From assembly GCA_951406725.2 (NCBI GenBank), contig OX597830.1, positions 34,596,001 to 34,660,000 of the forward strand: a stretch of DNA of 64,000 nucleotides. Reading direction: 5' to 3'. Source of the DNA: Octopus vulgaris (Eukaryota). This document shows, one piece after another, positions 53,098 through 64,000 of this stretch. The number at the start of each line of letters is the position of its first letter. Position 1 is the stretch's first letter. The notes under the pieces are model-generated. The model had not been told where the DNA came from. It did not search any database and worked only from the letters and a program-made list of their open reading frames with translations. Both the position numbers and the translations under genes were made by a program.

Positions 53098-53200
53098 GTA
53101 TATATATGTATATATACATATATGTATATATATATATATGCATATATATATGTATATATATGTATATATATATGTGTGTGTATATATATATACACACATA
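52765..53200. repeat. ~430 bp compound (TA)n/(TG)n microsatellite
   Basis: One of many such tracts (others at ~5730, 11070, 22565, 37740, 41320, 41590, 62920). Confidence 0.97.
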
Positions 53201-53787
53201 CACACGAAGCGAGCGAGATAGAGAGCGGGAGAGGGGGAAAGAGAGGAAGATATAGAGTGAAATTAAACCTTATAATCAAGAAGAAAATGTCAGAATACCG
53301 AAAAGGCTAATATAATAAATATTCGGATAAATTCAAAGCATACAAAAAAACATAAATAAAAAAAAAAAAAAGAAATCTTTCAAAAGCAATAGTTTATACG
53401 ATTTCATCTCTTAAAATAACTATATTACGAAGTTTTTTTCTGTATAGTAATATATTTATTTATTTATACATGTATTAGCATATCTCATTTGATTCACATA
53501 TACGTGTGTATATGTGTGTGTGTATGCGCATGTGTGCTTATGTATACATGTATGTATCCCTATCTTTTTCTTTCGCTTTCTCTTTCACTTTATAAGGATT
53601 TTCATTCCATTATCTATACATCTCGTATATATATACCCATGTATATGTGTGTGTGTTTATTTACATTAAAGAATCTATATGCATGGATAATTAAATATAT
53701 GTATGTATATAAATGTGCGTGTGTGAACACAAATATAATTGCACATGTATATATACATGTACTTATGTATGAGTGTTAGCGTATATA

Positions 53788-53818
<31 letters not shown>

Positions 53819-54364
53819 ATATAACACACACACTCATGTATATATATGTATTTATGTGTGCGTGTATAAGGTCCTTATTGAAAAGGATATGAAAGCGAAA
53901 AAAATAATTACATTGCTTCATGTTACGTAAAAGGAAGGTTACGACAAAATATAAGTAGCGAATTGTATAATCTTAAATTATAAACAAAAACTAGTTTAAA
54001 GTGGTTTACGTTGGTTAAAAAGGGTAAATAAAAACGTTGAAATGCAATCTCAATTTTATGTATCTTAATTTTTTTAACAAGCCTGTTCTAGTTTCTCCTT
54101 TACTTATACATTTATCCAAGTCTTCGAGATTTCTCGTTATTTTCCTTTCTTTGCTTTGCCATTTTTTTTCCTGAAGTTTTCTTATATCTATTATGTTGTC
54201 AATGGTGATTCTTTTAATGGTGGTAGTAGTAGTGGTTGGACAAGTAGATGCGGTGGTCGTGGGTTTGTTGGCGGTGGTAAATATAGCGTTGGTGATGGTT
54301 GTGGTTGTGTTCTTCATCCATCACTGTCTACACATTTTATTTGTAATACTGAAAATCTTTTAAA

Positions 54365-54765
54365 GCGGCGAGCTGGCAGAAACGTTAGCACGCCGGGAAA
54401 AATGCTTTACAGTATTTCGTCTGCCGCTCCGTTCTGAGTTCAAATTTCGCCGAGGTCGACTTTGCCTTTCATCCTTTCGGGGTCGATTAAATAAGTACCA
54501 GTTACGCACTGGGGTCGATGTAATCGACTTAATCTGTTTGTCTGTCCTTGTTTGTCCCCTCTGTGTTTAGCCCCTTCTGGGTAGTAAAGAAATAGGTATT
54601 TCGGCTGCCGCTACGTTCTGAGTTCAAATTCGACCGAGGTTAACTTTGCCTTTCATCCTTTTGGGGTTGATAAATTAAGTACCACTTGCGTACTGGGATC
54701 GATCTAATCGACTGTTCCCAACCACCTCTCCCAAAATTTCGGGCTTTGTCCCTAGAGTAGAAAAG
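54365..54765 (+). mobile_element. SINE family A dimer
   Basis: Head, core, tail 1, second core, tail 2 ending CCTAGAGTAGAAAAG. Confidence 0.92.
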
Positions 54766-54815
54766 AGTATTGAAAATCTTTTCCAGGGTTGCCCTCTGCA
54801 TGAGTTAAATATACG

Positions 54816-54886
<71 letters not shown>

Positions 54887-55832
54887 GTGCGATTTAAAGT
54901 ACTTAATGTAGTGTGCAAATATATATAATGTAAAATCAAGTGAATTACCATTACATTTGATAAAAATTGTAATCAAATGCAGCAAAGGGAGAGATCTCTG
55001 AACCCAGTGTTCATTAAAAAGCGGATGAAGATATAGTGGGGAGGTTTCTGGTCTTTGGCAAGATGATTACGAGAGAATTTTTATTTTCTTTTAGTTAATG
55101 TCAGTAAAGTATATAGTATTTTTTTTTATTAAAACCATAAGCTTTATAATGCAGGTTTTGACCTTTTTTTCACGTTAGATGTTATATGATGTGATATTTC
55201 TCAGTCAAACATAATTTACACCATTTTGAGCTATTAGTGTTTGGAGATAGCTCTATATAACATAAACCTTGCAATTCCGGTAGAGCCAATCTTACTCTTT
55301 GCAAATCATCTAAAGAGCAATGTAATATTTTCTTTGTGATGTTGTTTGAAAGAGCTTAAGTGGTGGTATAATCGTTTGTTAACTGAGATTTCTGTGAACA
55401 GACGTAAGTTACAGAACTAGAGTTTCTTAGTTGTACCGGCTTGATAAGCAATGAAGTTACTCATGTACGCATCAGTTATCAAAAAGACTCATCAATTACA
55501 GATATTTTCGCTATGGATTTTTATTATTGTGAAGGATTCAGTTATTATACAATATGATTTCCTGAAAGACGAGATTACGTAATGGCTGCTTTTTTGTATT
55601 GCTACTGTAAAAGAATAAAATGCGAAGTTTGTTATCTTTGCGGAAGTAATTTTTGATTAGGAGACTGAATTGTTTCGCCACGCAGGAAGATAACTTATAC
55701 CCCAAGTTTCTCATTGGAATATACGATAATAAAACCACACATTGAAACACTTAACGTGGAAAGCTTTCTTTCACAAAATATACACTTCCACAGCAACAAA
55801 TACAAATAACGTGATCTATTTGAATTTGTTCT

Positions 55833-55876
<44 letters not shown>

Positions 55877-56346
55877 ACACACACGCACACGCACACAAAC
55901 GACACAACATACAGAAAATCAAGCGAGGAGTTTCCGACAGAAGCTGCAGAAGGATCTGAATGGAATAAATTCCCTACTGAGCATGTTCGCCTTTGCAAAC
56001 AAAACGAACAGCTTTTACGAGCTGAGTAAGAAAATATGTAATACTTTGCTCTAAAACATAACAAAATCTAGTGCGTGACAGTCCTCAAGTACGTAAAGAA
56101 CATTAAAATGTTTTACACAAAAACACACAAAAAAGCGTCTACCAACGTTTTTGCAAAACAGAAGCACACAAGATGTTTCTCCTTTCAAATCCATCATTTC
56201 AGCTTTTATTCCGTATTTCACTTCACTCCACGTATTTTCTCCATTTTCTTTTACTGTCATTGACAGCGTAACTAATGTTAGATTTTGTCGTGTTGGTAGT
56301 TCCATAGTTTGTATACTTCCATACGAATGTGCAAGATTATATCGGT

Positions 56347-56554
56347 TTCAAATTTGAGCACAAGGCCAGTAATTTCGAGGAAAGGGGTAAGTTGATTACA
56401 TTGACCCCACTGATCAACTGGTACTTATTTTATCGACCCCGAAAGGATGAAACGCAAAGTCGGCCTCGGCAGAATTTAAGCTCAGAAAGTAAAGACGGAT
56501 AAAATGACACTGGGCATTTTGTCCGGCAAACTAACGATTCTGCCAGCTCACCGC
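56347..56554 (-). mobile_element. SINE family A monomer
   Basis: Colinear with 48237-48445. Confidence 0.88.
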
Positions 56555-58069
56555 TTTAATCTATAAAATAATGTTAAACGTACGTTCTCACTGGTATCCG
56601 TTCTATATAATGTATGCACGGGGCATCCGTACATATGTATAAATGTATGCATGACTATGCGTGTTTGTGTGTATTGGAACACACACACACACATACACAC
56701 AATACACTTGATTTGGAACAATATTAAAACCGAATCAATCACATCATGGAAGAATCATTTTAGCCATTCACTTTAGATATTTGAAAACGCATAAACACTA
56801 CAACGTTCACTTTCGATTATTTCTTTTCACGATTAAAATGTCCTCGCACTTCTACAAACAAAACCATTGACACTATTCCACGGCGATTGTCTATAAACAG
56901 TCATTAGTGAGTTTTTTGAAACCTCGAGAGGTTTTCTTTTTTCTCTTTTCTTTCCCTTTTTGGCTGAACTTTTAACCTGGTAATCTATCGTAATGTTCTT
57001 TGAACTTTTCACACATGGCTTTTGTCACTTTTAGATTTCTCTATTTGCATTATATATTTATTTATCTAATTCAGGGTCATTATTATTTTTTTTCTAATAA
57101 TAGTACTAATTATTAATGTCTTTCCTCGTGATGGCTGGTTTCGAACGTTCGAAGATGTCGTTCATAATATATATGTTTTATCCCAGAGTGTTTGAAATAC
57201 TTGCTTATAATAATACAAGCCTATTAACATTGCGTTCTTGCTAAATTGATATATTTAACCGATGTGACAAAAGTCTAGACTAAAGAAGAACCAATATAAT
57301 AAATAAATTTCATGTAATTATGTATAATTGAATCTCATGAGAGTTAATCATCAATAACAATAAAATTGATAAAACATTACCATCATATATATAAAAAAAT
57401 ATATGTGCATAACATCCTAATATATGAAAAAAGATATATACATGCAAAACAATGATATATCAATAATAAACTCTTCTAAATTATATACGAAGCTTCCGAT
57501 CTATGCATAAGATTTTAGGAAAAGAAACCAGGATTCGTACTTGAAAATATTGGCTGATTATGGCTGATTCCATAGATCTGAAATTTGGAGCAAAGTTCAA
57601 TGCAGAACATCATACAGCATAAAGGTAGATAAGGAAGGATTGGAGGATATACACTTTTATTGTACCAGATTCCACAGATCGATAGACGATTAAAGATGAT
57701 ATTGAAAAATCTAAAATAAAAACGGAGAAAACACGCACTAGTGACACACATAAATACGCCCTTGATGATAAAGTACGAATATAACAGTAAAAATGAAATT
57801 CTGGCAGTGACGTCTCACAAATTTGTATTGCTTCTGTTTACTATAAAGAGCCAATTTCAGACCAAGTATCCCTTCATCTTATAGATGAGAGGGTGATGGC
57901 ATAGATGCGTTTATGACAGATATGGAAACCTTATCATATCAAACAAACTGCATGAGATAAATTTTTTAAAAATTTGACGGCAGTTCGACCAAAAAATGAT
58001 ACGAAAGCATATATTTATTATATACCTAAAAGAAAGAAACAAAAGAGCTTTTCCCCCATTCATTCATTC

Positions 58070-58109
<40 letters not shown>

Positions 58110-58338
58110 CCATACAAATATTCATACATACATGCATACGTGTGTGTGTGTTTGTATGTGCTTACAGGACCTTATGATGTGGTACTAAAGCAGGAAAGAT
58201 AACAATAAATATTATTAGAAGTCAATAAATCTCGTCGCTTTAAAGACCGAAATTTCACATACTAAACATCCTTTTATATACACGATTGCACATATCATCG
58301 ACTGAGCTATAAGAAAGGAAGGAGGCAAAATATATTTG

Positions 58339-58750
58339 AAAGAATAAGGGGAGAAAATATCAATGATGTTTCAAATACCCATTTCCTACAGCTGTTTCAG
58401 GCCAATATACGCAACTTCATGATAACAATGCTATATAATCAGATAATTATAATTACATAAATCGAAATATTCTCGATAATGTGAATCTTACACCCTAATC
58501 ATATAAGTATAGTTGTCTCTGATATTTTAAATAGTAATTTCCAGCAATTGTTTCAATATTTCATACAAAACATTATAAAAATTACCATAGGACATAAGAA
58601 TTACATTGTCAAGGACATTTTGCTATTTAACTATTATAAATATACAATGATATAAATACGGTTGTGATGAAAATGTTCCGTAAGAATTACTGAAACAGTA
58701 GCAGGAAATTAATAATTTGAAATATTCCTATTTTCACTTGTTATTCTTTT
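58339..58750. mobile_element. Eroded fold-back element with hammerhead 3' halves
   Basis: Left arm (minus) GAAA-CAGCUG-UA-GGAAAU; right arm (plus) GAAA-CAGUAG-CA-GGAAAU; a third half at ~58537-58555 (minus GAAA-CAAUUG-CU-GGAAAU); arms end aaagaataa / ttattcttt. Confidence 0.55.
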
Positions 58751-59251
58751 ATCCATTTACACACACACGTACATACATCCACATACATATATATACACAC
58801 AAACACAAACACACACACACATATATATATGCACATATATATAGAGATAGATAGATAGATAGATAGATAGATTCTCACACAAATACACACACACACACAC
58901 ATTATCAAATACTCATGATATACTGATGCACACGTTCATTTTTCCTGGATCATTTTGAAGATGATAATATTATCGAAAATTCTATACAAGAAATCATGTT
59001 AGAAAATAACTTTGATTGCACAATTCTCAGTCAGATTTCATATTATTGGCCATTTTACTTCATATTCTAAAGACGCATTCTATATTTGTTTTATTTATTT
59101 ATTTTATTTATTTATTCTTTTTTTGGCCTTTCACTGTTGTTTTTTTTTTTTTTTTTTTGCTGATCGCCTTTAACACAAATGAAGAGCTTCCTTACATTTC
59201 TATATATTTTCGAAACATTCACACACACATACACACACACATATAAATATT

Positions 59252-59416
59252 CTTTTCTACTCTAGGCTCAGGGCCCGAAATTTTTTTTTGGTGTGCGGGG
59301 GTGTCTAGTCGATTAGATCGACCCCAATACGCAACCGGTACTTAATTCATCGACTCCGAAAAGATGAAAGGCAAAGTTGACCTCGGTGGAATTTGAACTC
59401 AGAACGTAAAGACAGA
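59252..59416 (-). mobile_element. SINE family A 3' fragment
   Basis: cttttctactctagg...gtcgattagatcgacccc...gaactcagaacgtaaagac. Confidence 0.85.
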
Positions 59417-59499
59417 TCTAATAGAGAGCTACATTTTTATGTCTCTCAGCACTGAGAGCGCGTTTTAGAGAATCTCAGCGAAAGCGATAGCATTTCTCT

Positions 59500-60490
59500 A
59501 CTCATCAAAATATCTTTCGACCAAAAGATTGTATGAAAACGTCTGCCCATTGTCTCCATCTGTCATATGTTCGATCAGTAGTACCATTGTTGCATGTGTT
59601 AACGAAACTCATTATACTTCACTTTCAATCAATTCTGGCGTACCCAGGTTTCAGTTAAACCCCCACACATTTCGTTCTGTATATCATTTACCCAATAACC
59701 TTCTCGTCTAGCAATGCCTTTCTTAACTTTCCCTCAACATGCATCTATTCGCAACCTATTCGCCTCGCACTAGACCTGCCTTGATACTCTGAGCGGAGAG
59801 TATGCCAGTGGATCTATGGTAACCTTGTCTCTGTTAACACTAAGAATACATATTCTACACATCACCACACTACACTCATTCTAAATATGTGCAGTATTCA
59901 GCTAGAGTTCTCACAATCACTCAAAACACTGGGACTCACTATTACCGAGATCCTACTCTCGCGAAAGCATATATTTAGCATAGCTACAACCACATCTGAA
60001 AGATCAGATCTTCAGAATCAGAAGCTAGTTCAGACTCCAACAACAGCTTGCATTCTACAAGACCCTACAGACCCTCACAATAGATAACTGCGCCCCCACC
60101 TATATCTTCAATGTTACTGCTGCAACGTAGGACAAAGATATCTGCGTACAGAAGAGGGCCACTCAACTGACTGGCAATCTAACATTCTCGAGCCCCTGTC
60201 TCACAGGCATGCTGTCCCCATTCTCTATTCTTTTCTACCGCTACTATAATGAACTCTGCTCCTCAGAGTGGTGTGGTCTTGCTCTTTCATCAATTAGGGA
60301 TCACAATCCATTTGCCGCTGAATCTTTCGTCACTCATGCTGCGTCCAGTTCTGAGCCCCGCACTAACCTCGGTTTCTTTTCTCTCCGGAACATTGGTCTA
60401 TTGTAATCGCCTCCCTGTTCATCTGTTTTCTACACATGCTGAATTGCAACAGCTTAAACGCAGAATTAATAGCATCGACCTTACGGGAAT
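59500..60490 (+). mobile_element. Degenerate LINE (CR1-group) reverse-transcriptase 3' region
   Basis: Frame-broken motifs INSGVP(QGS), LGLTITEILLSRKHI, LEPLSHR, LFYRYYNELCSSE, RTLVYCNRLPVHLF, LQQLKRRINSIDL. Confidence 0.72.
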
Positions 60491-62608
60491 CAGAGAGCTA
60501 GCAAAGGACATGAGCACTGCTCCATCCTCGAGACTCCAACTCAGCAAATAGAAATGAATCTAAAGAACCAGCTATTGATTATGTAGTCGTAGATATGCTC
60601 AGGAAACGAGCTAATCACGGCTCGAATATTTCGGTGATAAGTCTGTCAGACTTGATGCTAAGTTATAACACCATGGCACATTCTTGCTTTTTTTCTTATC
60701 TTGTTAGTGTTACTCTCTCCACACAGGCACCCCATTCGCATTCAACTCCTTCCTCGATCATTCTTAGTCCAGAGATGCAGCTGTCCAGAATACACACCCT
60801 CTGTAACTGTTTCTCTCCATGTAGGTCTTGAACTACAGATGTTCATACCGAACTTCAAACGCTACATAGTTCTTACGAATTTTGATGGGTGGGAGGTGGG
60901 TTCGTAGTGATGAGGGTTGCTATTCGTTGTCTTGCTTTCCTCTCAACTTCCTCTTACCTCATTTAAAAATTACACACACACACACACACAGCCTAACAGT
61001 TATGTACTGAGAAATTTAAACGTACACACACTCACACATCAACGTATACACGTAGTACTCACACAAAAATACAGACACATACAGAAAAGAACATATACAC
61101 TCACGTGTACATTTGCTCTTTCCTCTTTCAATATTGATTTTGTAGTTGCTCTTGATGTTGTTGTTATTGCTGAGTTGCATTAAAACGTATATTTAAACAC
61201 AATGTGTATCTGTTTAGTCCATTATCAGTGATGTGTAAGGTAGACAAAGGTGGCAGAACGAAAGGAAAGTGGTTTGGCCTGTCTCCGCTCCCTCCCAATA
61301 ACCACATCTCCGTTCGTTTCCACTTTGCCATCTTCATCCTATCCATTTAGTCGCTGTCCTATCAAAACCACACAATACAACACAACACCACACTACAACA
61401 CTACAGCACATTCACACTCTACTCCACCTCACCGTACTATATACCATACCATACCGCACAACACCGCCAGAACATATTCCATCGTATTACACAGTATCTC
61501 GCCGTTCTTTACTACAACATAGTATATGACACACTAGACTACGTAATAACACATATTACCATAAGACACTACAAAGCACTACACTGCACTCCACCGGCAC
61601 CTGAACTCCCCTTGTACCTTGCCTTGCACACCTCCTTTGCACACTGAACCTCACTACACACATTACAACATACCTCCACCCAACGCCTCGGCATTCTATA
61701 CTATGCTTCCCGACAACACTCTACATCATACAATACACTATTGTACAATACAATACACTACAACATCTCCTGACCTCGACAACACCTTCTCAAACCCCAG
61801 AGCACCACACCACACCACGCCACAACACAGGATACTACATCAAACCAAACTAAATCGCACAATCCCGCTTCGCACTTACGACATTGTATTTCTTTTTTTT
61901 TTTTTTTTTTTGCTGTTTCTTTATACCTCCATGTTTATAAGAGACCTACACACCACCACTTCTACACCTGACCACATCTCAACACCACCAGACCCCACAG
62001 AGTATTGCTTTTACAACCGCTCAATTCTCTCTCCTTATATTCCACGATGGTTTTCTCTTTTTTATTCTGGTTTTCAATCTATTCTTCTCTGTCTCTCTCT
62101 CTGTTCATTTTCATTCTCTTACTATTATCGCTTCTTTTTCTTCTTCGTTTTCTATTTCTTCTTTTCTTATTCTTTTTCGTTTCTTCGACTTCTCGTTTTC
62201 TTCGTCTTCATTTTCGATTCTTTTTCTTCTTCGTTTTCCTCTTTATTATTCTTATTATTTTATCGTTTCTTCTTCGACTTCTCGTTTTCTTCGTCTTCTT
62301 TTTCGTTTCTTCTTCCAATTTTTCTCCCTCCTATTCCTCTTCTCGTCTTCTTTTCTTCTTCCTCCTCCACTTTTCTTCTTCCGCTTTTTCTTTTGATCAT
62401 CCTCTTTTTTCTTCTTCACTTTCTTTCTTTCTCTCTTTTGTTTCTTCCTTTCACTTTCTCTTTACATTTCGCAACCTTACATCCTATTTATCTCACCAGT
62501 ATCTGACAACCATCCGCTCTCTATCTAACTCTTACCCCTCCTCTCTTTATATATATATATCGTTTCCCTTCAGCATCTTCCTCTCTCTTTACGATATTGT
62601 TCTCTGTA

Positions 62609-62644
<36 letters not shown>

Positions 62645-62917
62645 AAACACGATCCTAACCCCTGCCATTTCGCTGTAAACACTCCCTCACTTTAACCCTA
62701 ACCCTAACCCTTCACCACGCCAACTTACTCCCTGACCGAACCCAATGCTGTCATTGTGTGTTTCTGTCAAAGAGTAATTTCTAAAATATCTTAAATCAAA
62801 GATTCTTTCTCGTATTCTCCATGGAATGGAGTGTGCATACATGCATCTATGTGTAATGCGTATGGGGTGTGAGTGAATTTGGGCCGCAAGTGTGTACGAG
62901 TATACATACATGCATGC

Positions 62918-62979
<62 letters not shown>

Positions 62980-63007
62980 ATATATGTATATATATATATG
63001 TATGTAC

Positions 63008-63038
<31 letters not shown>

Positions 63039-63301
63039 CAAGCGTATATATATAAATGCCTACAGATATATGTGTACATCACATTTTTATATACACCTAT
63101 TTGTATATGTATGCACATATTCATAGCTGTATATAAATAAATACATCTATATATATTATATATAAATAGACTCATGCACATGCACGTGTGTCTAAAAACT
63201 TACACGCGCGTCTAAACATGTATATGAGTTTGTGTATATATATTTTCATCACACACTCGAATACATACGTATATACCCACTCTCATACTTACATTCGTTG
63301 T

Positions 63302-63338
<37 letters not shown>

Positions 63339-63358
63339 TATACACACTCTCTCTCTCA

Positions 63359-63429
<71 letters not shown>

Positions 63430-64000
63430 TTAATAGATCATGTGTTGGTTAATGTATCGTTCAACAATTTTGCTCCGTTTTCGTTTTTCCTCTATTCTAT
63501 TTAATTCATCACATTTCCTTTAGAGATTTTGTTGTTATTGGTTACGTATGGGATTTTCCAAAGTCTATATTATTGATATTTTAAGGTCATCTGACCTCAT
63601 CTTTAGGATGTCCAGCCATAAAATGATATTTGTTGTATATGTTCTACTTTACATTTGCGCTAGCCTGCATCTGATTGGCTATTATATGGCATTAGCAGAA
63701 ATGTTTTAATGCATTCCCTATGAACTGTTTTTGTGTGTCGAGGCTTGAAGCGAATATGACAAGGCGTCACTTATAGTGTTGTGAGGGTTTCTATAAAGAC
63801 TACTTATGTATGATCCGAAAGTTTCGCTTGTCAATGTATACGGAAGGTTTGTGATTTGCAGGTCATACTCATATAAAATTTCTGAATAGCGGGTTAACGG
63901 GAGAGCCCACGGCAACTCCATCGCTGATTGTAACTTTTTTTTTTTGAAGTACCAGGATACAACACACACGAATACACAAACACACACATACTCATATCAA

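Noticed and set aside
61619-62646. 295-aa and 213-aa ORFs rich in F/S/L that look like membrane proteins
   Set aside because: Derived from CAC/ACT-rich and CTT-rich low-complexity DNA, open in overlapping frames.
62693-62710. (TAACCC)3 telomere-like repeat
   Set aside because: Only three units; insufficient for an interstitial telomere.

Overview
AT-rich, microsatellite-saturated eukaryotic DNA with no recognisable intact protein-coding gene. Nearly every ORF in the supplied track is translated (TA)n/(CA)n/(ATT)n/(CTT)n/(GGT)n repeat. The tRNA-derived SINE families look like those of octopus, so this is probably an intron or gene desert of an Octopus genome (my recognition, not searched). 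Supported content: two near full-length but dead mariner transposons (1789-3300, 25528-26665), a third mariner fragment and a mariner-type MITE; about 35 copies of at least four tRNA-derived SINE families; CR1/Jockey-like LINE 3' fragments; and a ~300 bp local duplication. The most interesting signal is a population of short non-coding elements, mostly in or beside (TA)n tracts, that carry minimal type I hammerhead ribozyme motifs (CUGANGA...GAAA, palindromic helix III, NUH). Two motifs have every invariant core nucleotide (12418-12462 and 33386-33494, both minus strand) and about ten are degenerate. Several sit in fold-back units where the ribozyme's 3' half and tail are duplicated in inverted orientation. 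This fits sequence-diverse, non-autonomous Penelope-like / retrozyme-type elements. All alignments and folds were done by eye, so coordinates may be off by a few bases.
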